Source: Thecamonas trahens ATCC 50062
Taxonomy: Eukaryota > Protista > Apusomonadida
Assembly (NCBI RefSeq): GCF_000142905.1
Contig: NW_013657665.1
Coordinates: 540,101 to 583,276 of the forward strand
Length of the DNA: 43,176 nt
Direction of reading: 5' to 3'
Shown one piece after another: positions 31,646-41,502 of the stretch. The number at the start of each line of letters is the position of its first letter. The stretch's first letter is position 1. The notes under the pieces are model-generated. The model saw only the letters and a list, made by a program, of their open reading frames with translations, ran no database searches and was not told the origin of the DNA. The translations under genes were made by a program, and so were the position numbers.

Positions 31646-34600
31646 TCAGATTAGGCGTGGTCCGGTTGAGGGCAGTGCGGGCCAGCGGAGAGACTGGTGA
31701 GCGGGTCCGCGGGGGCGCGAGTCGGAACGCGAGAGGGTGTCAACTTCGCCGCAGCTGGACGAGGCATCGACAAGGAGCTGCGAGACAGCGAGCTCGCTCG
31801 ACTCGCCACTGGCATACGGGTAGAGGGCACTCGGACCCAGATCGTCGGCCGACTTGGCGCGCGGAGTCGGCGGCGCGTTCGGCGAGCGTGGAGTGAGCAA
31901 GCTGGAGTACTTGCTCTTGCGGCGGTGCCGGGCAATCATGGCACCAGAATACGGGCGGTCGAGTGAGGAGCCGGCGGCAGTAGGAGATATCTGTGAGTAC
32001 GGGGCCGGGACCAGGTCTGAGCTGATCTCGATCTCGAGCTGATTGAACCGGGCGAGCGGATCAGCCGACGCCGCTCCGGGCGCAAGATCTGAGTGCGAGC
32101 GGTCGCGGGCGGTGGTCGGCGCCGACGACGACGACAGAGCCGACGATGACATTGACATTGAGCTTGACTTGGCGCCAACGTCGCGCATAATTCGCGACAT
32201 GCCGCGCAGATTCGGGCTGCAACCCCGACGGGCCGAGAGGCCCGGGATGTCGGCCTCGTAAAGCTCATACTCGCGAAGAGCGAGGTGGCCGCGGGTGGAG
32301 CCACAGGAGTAGCGGCCGAGGCGAGTAAAGGTGAGCGACGAGCCAGCACAAGCGGCCACGGTCGCTGCATCAACCACAACCTGGCCGCCAGAGCCCGCGT
32401 CGCCCACCGATTGCGCGTCGAGCATGTCGGGGCCCTCGTAGGTGAACCGCTGGGTTCGCTCAACAAAGACTCGGGTCGGTTCGGCCATGGCGATGCCAAT
32501 CCGGACGCGGAGGCCGCGCCAGACTGTGTCGGGCCCGTCGTTGGAGACAACGCGATTGTCGCCCAAAATGGGCGCAGGCCAGTCTACAGCCATCAGCTCG
32601 GTCTGAAGAGTGACGGCAGCGGCGACTGCGGCCTGAGGTTGTTGGAAGACAACCACAAACGAGTCGCCCTCTGTGCGGACCTCGTAGCCACCAAAGCGGC
32701 CGAGAACGTGGCGGAAGACATCGTTGTGGGCGTCGATGGCGGTCACCATGGCTTCCGGATACGCCTCCCACAGGTAGGTGGAGCTCTGGACGTCCGAGAT
32801 AAAGACAGCGAGGTGGCCACTTGGGGCCAGAGCCTCCTCGGCCGCCATCTTGTGGGCGAGGTAGGCGGCATGGGCGCGGCGCTTGCGGAGGCGGAGGCAG
32901 AGACCAAAGACGGTGGCGAGGACAATGCAAGCGCCGAACGACGAGGCAGTGATGGCAACAACCACCGGATCTCGGACGCCCGGTGTAGTGGTTCGGGCTG
33001 TGACGCACAGGCCGGCGCCGCCACACACGCCACAAGCATCAAGTACAACGCCAGAGTTGGGCACAGCGTCGCAGCCGGCACAGCTTGTGGCGTTACCGTA
33101 GCACACGCCACAGACATCGGCAAAGCGGCCGCCGCCGAAACACACGCCACATGCGTCTTTGGCAGCGTTGCCGCCAAAGCAAACAGCGCAGTCGTCACGA
33201 TCGACATTGCCGCCGCCGCACACGCCACAGCTGTCCTTGCGGGCGTCGCCGCCGTAGCAGTCGCCACATGAGTCAATGAAGGCAGAGAGCGGAAGACCGG
33301 TGCTGCCTCCCACACACATACCGCATGCGTTGAGCACTGCACTTCCACCACACACACCAGCGCAGTCAACAGCGGCATCAGGGGCGATGGTCTCATCGCA
33401 CGAGATGACGCACGACGAGCCGTTGCCAGCACACACACCACAAGCGTCGACAATACCGCCGAGACCATCGCATCCGGCGCAACTCGAGCCGTCACCGTTG
33501 CAGACGCCGCAAACGTCGGTGGTTTGCGTGCCGCAGCCTTCGCAGCGTGCAAAGCAGTCGCCGCAAGCATCCAGGTGCATGCGTGGTGGGCGTCCTGTGG
33601 TTCCGCCGACGCACACCCCGCACTCGTCGATGGTCGCATTTCCATTGCACACGCCAGCGCAGTCAAAGACGACAGGAACCGCGGACGAGTTGTCGCAGGT
33701 GGCGATGCACGAGCCGACGGCCGAGCCGCCGCACACGCCACAGGCGTCGAAATGGGCGCCGCCGAGCGGGATTGGCACGCCGTCGCAGCCGAGGCAACTG
33801 CTGCCATCACCATCGCACTCGCCGCACACATCCGGCACGGCGCCCGAGTTGGGCACGCCGTCGCATCCGGTACACGTCGAATTGTCGCCGAAGCACATCC
33901 CGCACGCATCGAGGTCGGCGCCGGAGCCAAAACATACGCCGCATGGATCGAGATCAGCGTTGCTGCCAAAGCACACACCGCAGGCGTCGCGGTCCGAGTT
34001 AGCGACGTGGCCAGAGGCCGGACCGGAGCAAATCCCGCAATCGTCACGGGTGTCTTGCGGATCGCATGGTGAGGTTGGGGGCGAGGGGGAGGGAGGTGGG
34101 GGCGAGGGTGGGGGCGGTGAGGGTGGTGGTGGCGGTGAGGGCGGTGGCGGGGGAAAGGGCGGCGGGGANNNNNNNNNNNNNNNNNNNNNNNNNNNNNNNN
34201 NNNNNNNNNNNNNNNNNNNNNNNNNNNNNNNNNNNNNNNNNNNNNNNNNNNNNNNNNNNNNNNNNNNNCTCTATGCGCACGCGACAGTCAACGGGCATGG
34301 AGGCGATCTTGGGAAAGAAGGCGACGCAGGAGCGGCAGTATGGAGCCGAGCGGCAGTGGGTTCGATGTAGATGGGCATGCCGATGGCGGTTCCGGTGGCG
34401 ATGGTGGTGGTGGAGGAAAAGACGTCGGTGAGGGGGATGTTTGCGGCCGCCCTGATGGTGGGGCGGCGGTGAGGGTGGCGGCGGCGGCGATGGTGGCGCC
34501 GCCGGCGATGGCGGTGGTGGAGGTGATGGTGGTGGCGGCGGCGATGGTGGTGGCGGCGGCGATGGTGGTGGCGGCGGCGATGGTGGTGGCGGCGGCGATG

Positions 34601-36242
34601 GTGGTGGCGGGGGAGAGGGCGGCGGTGGTGGCGAGGGCGGCGGGGGGGGACTCGGAGCAACCACACACGAACCGTACGAAGCACCAGCCGTCACACCGCT
34701 CACAGTCCATCCCGGGTTGCACTCGACACAGCTCTTGTTGCCGTGATCGATTGCACAATTAGCTTTGAGCTCGCAGCGCGCGCCTGTCCAACCGCTCGGA
34801 CATGCCGACGCGCACGTTGCCGCGTGGTCGCAGGCAGAGTCGGCACGGAGGCAGCGAGAACCTTGCGTGCATCCACCTGCAACTGGATTGACAAAGCGGC
34901 TATCGCCGTGGCAGTGGACGTCGACGGCTTCGTTGTTGCCGCCATAGTTGCCGCACGATGAGCTGCCGGCGGTGTCGACAGAGGCTGAAGGAAAGTCGCC
35001 CAGCGCAAGCGCGCCGCCGGTTGGCGAAAAGTTGCGGGTGATGATCACGCCCCAGAGACTCGGCTTGACGTTGCTGCTGCCCTCGATGAAGATGCCCGAG
35101 CCATCGGCGGCAGTGTTGTCGCTCACATATGTGCCGTCAAGCACCATGTCCGTCGACGACGCCGCAATGTAGATGCCTCCGCCGTGGCGGCTCGCTGTGT
35201 TGGAGGTCACGTTACTGCTGGCATCGAGAAAGACAGTCACCTCGCGACGGCCCTGAGTAAAGCACACGCCACCACCGTCCGTTGCGCTGTTGCCGCTGGC
35301 TACTACGCCGCCGGTAACTGTGATGGGTGCGTCGTGGCCCCAGTTGATACCGCCGCCGCATCCACCAGCCGAGTTGCCGGTCGCCACAATCGACGCAATC
35401 GTCCCGTTGGTCGTTGCCACGCGGAAGAGCACGCCACCGCCATCGCCGCCGGCAGCATTGTTACGAACAATCAGTGGGCCAGCACCAAAGAACTCGGTGC
35501 CCGCACGAAAGTACGCACCGCCAGCGGTGTCAGCCGCCGAGTTGCCCTCGACAAGTAGCCCCGCGCCATGGATATACACCTTGGATCCGGCGATCCACAG
35601 GCCGCCACCGGAATGCGCCCCGCAGCCGGAAATAGTGACGTTGTCGAACGAGATGACCGTATCTGCGGCCGAGGCAAGGGCGCCACCCTGGCCCGAGCCG
35701 ACGGTGGTGACCGTCGAGTCGCGGATGACGACGTCGACAAGCGCCAGATAGGCGTTGTTGGCGACGTGGATGGCGCCACCTTTGTAGGTGCCAGTCCGCG
35801 CGCCGCCAAGGGTACAACCCATAAGTTCGACGCGGCGGAGAGTGAGATGGCACCCAGATCTGACACGAATGCATCCTGCACGGGCGTCGGCGTCGTCGAT
35901 GGCGCCGCCACCATTAATCATGGCCATGTCCTCCATCACCCAGCCATCAAAGTCGGTAGAGCCATCGAGGATACGGCCTGTGCCCTCGCAGTCGATGATG
36001 GTGTCCGCAGCGCCCGCGCCGGTCACGGTGATGGCGACGCCCGAGCCGAGGCCCACAATGGGTTCGGAGCAATTGGTCCATCGTCCAGCGGGAACCACCA
36101 CCGTGTCGCCGCTGCTTGCCGCAGCTACCGTGGCAATGATCGATGCCACCTTGCCGTCGACAGGGACCACGAGCTCGGCACCCGAGGTCAGGGCTGCGTG
36201 AAAAGCAAGTGCGAGCACCAGATGGATGGCCATGTGCAACAT
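31646..36242 (-). CDS. Single-pass receptor: signal peptide, pectin-lyase-like beta-helix, EGF-like module, (SPPPP)n stalk, ~19 DxCGxCxG repeats, TM helix, degenerate class III nucleotidyl cyclase; spans gap 34169-34268
   Basis: ATG 36242 MLHMAIHLVLALAFHAALTSGA; GGAI/N.A..GGG repeats; CPSGWTGARC; TM VVVAITASSFGACIVLATVFGLCL then RLRKRR; cyclase motifs FISDVQSSTYLWE, GGYEVRTEGDSF, WRGLRVRIGI, GGQVVV. The join across the gap is inferred; both flanks encode Pro-rich sequence. Confidence 0.75.
34470..34650 (-). repeat. Coding tandem repeat encoding (SPPPP)n, extensin-like stalk
   Basis: gatggtggtggcggcggc-type units on the + strand. Confidence 0.8.
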
Positions 36243-36768
36243 GGTTGAGGGGGGGGGGGGGGGGGGAGGGGGAGGGGGGTTGAGTGGCTTGAGACTTGGT
36301 TTCAGTGGGTTCTGCGTTGCAACGGCACGTGCAGGAGATGGGCTCACGTGCAGGAGAACAATGAGTCAGTGTGGGGTGTGGCGGGGCATGGGAAGGGTGC
36401 AGGGCCAGATCATGGGGTGTAGGCTTTGGAGGGGGAAGGGGAAGGAGAGGGATGGGGGAAGGCGAAGGAGATCGGGAGGAGGCAAACACTGGCTGGCCCC
36501 CCGACAGGGTGTGGGTGAGGGGTGGATGTCTGCGGGTGCGGGTTAGCGAGGTGCGGTTGACGAGTGCGTGGAGGAGGTGAAAATTTTAACGATGTATAGT
36601 GCCAAGTGCCGGGTCATGTCCTCTACCGGGACCAATCAAGTGCCGGCTTTGGCGGCGAAGGGGCGAGCGGGTGGCGGGCCATCCTGGCATCCATCCGGGG
36701 CGACGAGACGGGCAGGCGAGGAGTGAGGGGGTGGACGGACGGAAAGGCAATACACCCCTCGTGAGACC

Positions 36769-37770
36769 ATGCAGTCGGACGACCTGGTGTGGAAGCTCAT
36801 CAACAATGGCCACTGCTCGTACAAGATGACTGCGCGGACCACCAAGTTCTGCCGCAACGAGTACAACCTGACGGGCCTGTGCAACCGGGCGTCGTGTCCG
36901 CTGGCCAACTCCAAGTTTGCCACGGTGCTGGAGGAGGCCGGAACGATGATGCTGTGCATCAAGGAGGTGGAGCGGGTGCACACGCCCAAGGACACCTGGC
37001 TCAAGATCCCGCTCTCCAAGAACTATGCCATCGCACTCAAGCAAATCGACGACCACCTCGAGCACTGGGACTCGTTTGTCATCCACAAGTGCAAGCAGCG
37101 TCTGACCCGGCTGACGCAGGTTCTTATCCGCATGCGCAAGCTCGCCGTCAAGGTCCAGCCCAAGCTTGTCCGTGTCAACAAGAAGCGCGATCGCCGCGAC
37201 GCACGCCGTGAGGAGAAGGCCCTGCGCGCCGCTGTCGTCGAGCGCGCCATCGAGAAGGAGCTCCTCGCCCGCCTCCACCAGAACGTGTACCCCAACTCGG
37301 AGGAGATCCTCAACGCCTCGCCGTCCATGTTCAACAAGGTCCTTGACGACACCGAGACCAAGCCCGACGAGCTCGACGCTCAGCTGGCTGCCGACGAGGA
37401 ACGTGACATGGAGGAGGCCTCAGGGAACGCCGAGCGCGAGCGCGAGGAGCTGACTGTCGACGAGAAGACGGTGGTCCGCGAGTTTATTGAGGACCTCGAC
37501 CTCGACTTTTCGTTCCTGCAGGACGTCGAGGACGTGCCGTACGCGCCTGCTGCGGCGTCGTCGTCGGCAAAGGGCACCACCAACTCGACCGACTTCTTCA
37601 AGGCCGTCCAGGACGCCAAGAAGAAGCGCCCGGCGGATGACGAGGCCAACAACAAGCGCCCGCGCAAGAAGCCGGCCCGGTCCAAGGCCAAGGCAGCCAA
37701 GCACCGCGAGCTCGAGCTCGAGCGCGAGACCGAGCCCGCACGGGCCAGCCGCGCCTCGCGCCGCAACTGA
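36769..37770 (+). CDS. MAK16: 60S ribosome biogenesis protein MAK16
   Basis: MQSDDLVW..IN..HCSYK....FCRNEYNLTGLCNRASCPLANS; HKCKQRLTRLTQVLIRMRKL; RREEKAL.AA..E.AIEKELL.RL; acidic then basic tail. Confidence 0.96.
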   Translation: MQSDDLVWKLINNGHCSYKMTARTTKFCRNEYNLTGLCNRASCPLANSKFATVLEEAGTMMLCIKEVERVHTPKDTWLKIPLSKNYAIALKQIDDHLEHWDSFVIHKCKQRLTRLTQVLIRMRKLAVKVQPKLVRVNKKRDRRDARREEKALRAAVVERAIEKELLARLHQNVYPNSEEILNASPSMFNKVLDDTETKPDELDAQLAADEERDMEEASGNAEREREELTVDEKTVVREFIEDLDLDFSFLQDVEDVPYAPAAASSSAKGTTNSTDFFKAVQDAKKKRPADDEANNKRPRKKPARSKAKAAKHRELELERETEPARASRASRRN

Positions 37771-37775
37771 GCCTG

Positions 37776-39835
37776 CTACGGGGGCGAGTGGACAGGCAGG
37801 CCCGAGAGCGACGAGGAACGGCGCGAGGTCCGGGCTGCCCGCCGCGACGCCGACGGTGAGCCTGCTACGTTCTTGTCAGCCATGCTGGCCTTCGGCGAGC
37901 CTGGAGGGCTCTCGCCACTCCCGTCACTCCTGTCGCTGCTGCCGATAGATACAAAGGCGCGCGCGGTCGAGGCTCCGCCGCCGAGCTCGCCCAGTGGGTC
38001 GTCGAGGCCGTCGTTGGCGGGCAAGACGCGTGGCTCGGGGTGCGGCTCGGTCGTGTCGGGCGTCCCGGCCTCAGGCGCCCAATTGGCGAGATACTGCACC
38101 GACGACGCGTAAAGCGCAAGCGCATAGCCGTACCGCCCGCACGAGAGCTTGCCGTAGATGTTGTCAGAGAGGAGGGCGAGCATGGGTGCGAGCTTGGCAT
38201 CGGGCGAGTCTTCGTCGACGCCGGCGCCCGACGACGGTTTGGCACTTGCGGTGGCATCGAGATAGAATCGTGCGACGCCGTAGGCGACAATGGGCATGAG
38301 GTCATCGCCGCCGAGGTGGGCGGCATCGGCGGACGGACCGTCGGCCTCGAGCGCAGCAGTGAGCTCGGCCTGGCGGATGTCCATGATGGCGGCGAGGAGA
38401 AGGTGGAGGGCGCCGTTAACGGAGCCTTCCGAGGTGGCGGCGGCCTCGGCAAAGAGCGCCGAATAGTGCTGTGCTTTGCGAGCGCCGAGCTCGACCGAGA
38501 CGGCCGGATCCGAGGGCGCGGCGCCGGGCACGGTCCGGACATTGCCAACGAGGAGGAGCGGCGGGACTGGAGACGCGAGGGCGCGGACCTGCTCGCGGAA
38601 GAGCGAGACGGCGTTGAACGACTCGAGTGAGGCGACGTCATACATGAGAATTACACCGTCGGCCGAGGCCACGGCGGTCGCTGGCGGCGATCCGGGACGC
38701 ATGGCGTCCGGGCTGTTGACCTCGACGACTCGGAGGAGGGTCATCTTGCCGCCGACCTGCAAGGCAGAGGTGTAGGTGGCGTGCGAAAGAGCCTCCTCAC
38801 CAGGCTCCTCGGGCAGCGCTTCAGTGTACTGCTCGAGGCCCATGCGCGAGGCAAAGGCCGACTTGCCGACGCCTGGCGAGCCGAGGAGGACAAGCGAGAA
38901 CGGGCGGACGAGGGTCTCGGCGGCCTTGCGGCGCTCGGCGGCCTTGCGAGCGGCCGCAGCATCCTCCATGTGCGACGTAAAGGCGGCGACGGCGTCGCCA
39001 AGAATCCGGGCCTGCTCGGCCGGGTCGTGGACGCATCGAAGGGCGGAGCGGATGCCGGATCGGATGCAGGGAACAGCGAGCGCATCGACGTCGGCCACAA
39101 GCTGCGGCGCAACGCCAAAGTCCTCGGGAGTGAGCTTGCCAGCTGCATCCATGGCAGTGACGGTGGAGGTAGCGGCGTACTCTTCGGTCGAACGGTATGC
39201 GGTGTAAAGGGCGTGGAGCGGGCGACCGACGCGAGCGAGAAGAACGTGATGAACCAGCTCTGCTGGGAACTCGATGCCGGGAAACGACTCGATGAGGGCG
39301 CCGATAATGGCCTTGCGGCAGCGACCGATGGCGTTGATGGCCATGAAAACTTGTCCCTTTGACTCGTCACGCTCAGCCTGCGGATGTGATGGTGCCGGCG
39401 ATGGCGATGGCGATGGCGACGGCGATGGCGATGGCGACGAGAGTGGCGATGGCGATGATGTCGACAAAGGCGGCGGGGGGCGAGGAGTAAAAGCCGAGGG
39501 AAACCACTCATCAGCAAACTGTGCCACCATGTATGCCATGGGATGCGCGGGCGAGAGAAGCATGGTCCGCGTGTGCTGTGCGATGGCCTCTTCGCGGGTC
39601 AAGCCACGCCAGATCTGAGGAGAAGGGATGAGGGGGTGAGGAGGGAGGGAGAGGAGGGAACGGGGAGAGGGAGGGGGAGGCAGGCTGTGCGTACTCTGCG
39701 CTCCGGGTAGAGGTCTGCGTTGCGATGGACGACGGCCTGGTACCATGTGGCGTCCTTCTTGACATGGTCACCCATGGCGGGGGAGGTAGCGTGGACACGG
39801 TACTTGCCCTTGAAGACGGCCTCTCTCCCTGCCAT
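37776..39835 (-). CDS. VPS9-domain (Rab5-family GEF, VPS9D1-like) protein with an internal degenerate Ras-like GTPase domain; intron 39615-39694; 5' end may extend into gap
   Basis: LLSPAHPMA, LHALY, LTPEDFGV, PAEQARIL (VPS9 N-part); insert FSLVLLGSPGVGKS...ADGVILMYDV.S.ESF...LLLVGN...FAEAAA; then LGGDDLMPIVAYGV and GRYGYALALYASSVQYL (VPS9 C-part). Confidence 0.78.
39615..39694 (-). other. Spliceosomal intron (80 nt, phase 0)
   Basis: CGCAGA|GTACGC...CTCAC...CTCCTCAG|ATCTGG; joins YPERR|IWRGL in frame. Confidence 0.75.
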
Positions 39836-40159
39836 GGNNNNNNNNNNNNNNNNNNNNNNNNNNNNNNNNNNNNNNNNNNNNNNNNNNNNNNNNNNNNNNN
39901 NNNNNNNNNNNNNNNNNNNNNNNNNNNNNNNNNNNNNNNNNNNNNNNNNNNNNNNNNNNNNNNNNNNNNNNNNNNNNNNNNNNNNNNNNNNNNNNNNNNN
40001 NNNNNNNNNNNNNNNNNNNNNNNNNNNNNNNNNNNNNNNNNNNNNNNNNNNNNNNNNNNNNNNNNNNNNNNNNNNNNNNNNNNNNNNNNNNNNNNNNNNN
40101 NNNNNNNNNNNNNNNNNTCCGGGAGGGAGAGAGAGAGAGCCACGCCAGGTGGCACGTGC

Positions 40160-40210
40160 GGTGGCAGTGGCACTGGCAGTGGCAGTGGCAGTGGCAGTGG
40201 CAGTGGCAGT
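40160..40210. repeat. (GTGGCA)n microsatellite
   Basis: About 8 copies visible next to the gap. Confidence 0.8.
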
Positions 40211-40243
40211 GTCACCAATTGCCATTGGTGGTGTCATGGACCT

Positions 40244-40307
40244 GGTGTGGCCCATGTGTGGTGTGGCCCATGTGTGGGGTGGCCCATGTGCGGGGTGGCC
40301 CATGTGT
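40244..40307. repeat. 16-bp tandem repeat (ggKgtggcccatgtgY) x4
   Basis: ggtgtggcccatgtgt, ggtgtggcccatgtgt, ggggtggcccatgtgc, ggggtggcccatgtgt. Confidence 0.85.
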
Positions 40308-40450
40308 GGGGTGGGGTGCGAGAGGGGGGGACGGGGGGCACCCTACCTGGATGGTGGGCGGGTACTTGTCGCAACTGCATGTTACGGACTCTCTCATCCC
40401 TCCCCTACCTCCGTTTAGCCCTTCCCTTCCCTGCTCCTCTCTCTGTCGCC

Positions 40451-41440
40451 ATGTCCACCGCCACGTCGACGACGACCACCCCCGCCTCCACCGCCTCCAC
40501 CGCCTCCGCCGCCTCCACCGCCACTACCTCCCCGCCACCCTCCAGGTCATTCCGCATCGGCCTGTGCCAGATGGCGGTGGGTGCTGACAAGACCGAGAAC
40601 CTGGCCACGGCGGCAGAGGCTGTCCGCAGTGCTGCTGCTGCGGGCGCAGACATGGTTGTCCTCCCCGAGTGCTTCAACTCGCCCTACGGCACAGGCTTCT
40701 TTCCTGACTACGCCGAGATCCTTGCCCCAGGCGCCCCTGGAGGCACGTACGACGCCCTCGCCGCCATGGCCGCAGATTCAAGGGTCACTCTCTTTGCCGG
40801 ATCGGTGCCCGAGTCCGCGGCTGTGCATCCCGATGCCGATGACGATGCCGTCGCCGGCACCGATGCTGGCGACGCGCGCTTGCTCTACAACACCGCGCTG
40901 GTGTTTGGTGCCGATGGCAGTGAGCTTGCCCGCCATCGCAAGGTTCATCTCTTTGACATCGATGTGCCTGGGAAGATCCGTTTCATTGAGTCGGAGACGC
41001 TCTCGCCGGGTGATACCGTGACGGTCGTGGAGACGCCGCAGTGCAAGGTCGGCCTTGCCATCTGCTACGATGTCCGCTTCCCCGAAATGGCAGCCATCGC
41101 CGCCGACGCCGGTGCAGAGCTCCTTGTCTACCCGGGTGCGTTCAACCTCGTCACTGGCCCGCTTCACTGGGAGTTGCTCCTCCGCTCGCGGGCAGTCGAC
41201 AACCAGCTCTTTGTAGCAGGCGTCTCGCCGGCCCGCGATGAGTCGGCCGACTACGTGGCTTGGGGGCACTCGACGCTCGTAGACCCATGGGGCAAGGTGC
41301 TCGGTGCACTCGAGGCTGCGCCAGGGACTATCGTACTCGATATTGACCTCGCTGCCGTTGACGATGTCCGCGCTTCGATCCCTATTCGCACACAGCGCCG
41401 TCCCGAGGTGTACGCGGCCGGCCGCGCAGCTATCGCCTAG
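40451..41440 (+). CDS. NIT2: Omega-amidase NIT2 (nitrilase superfamily)
   Basis: E-K-C triad in VVLPECFNSPYG, HRKVHLFDIDVPGKIRFIESETLSPG and AICYDVRFPE; also YPGAFNLVTGPLHWELL.RSRAVDNQ and AWGHS..VDPWG. Confidence 0.92.
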   Translation: MSTATSTTTTPASTASTASAASTATTSPPPSRSFRIGLCQMAVGADKTENLATAAEAVRSAAAAGADMVVLPECFNSPYGTGFFPDYAEILAPGAPGGTYDALAAMAADSRVTLFAGSVPESAAVHPDADDDAVAGTDAGDARLLYNTALVFGADGSELARHRKVHLFDIDVPGKIRFIESETLSPGDTVTVVETPQCKVGLAICYDVRFPEMAAIAADAGAELLVYPGAFNLVTGPLHWELLLRSRAVDNQLFVAGVSPARDESADYVAWGHSTLVDPWGKVLGALEAAPGTIVLDIDLAAVDDVRASIPIRTQRRPEVYAAGRAAIA

Positions 41441-41502
41441 ACTGGTTGGGGTGGGACTGGAAAATTAGTGGTGTTACTGCAGATGAAGTTGAGTCATGGC
41501 GC

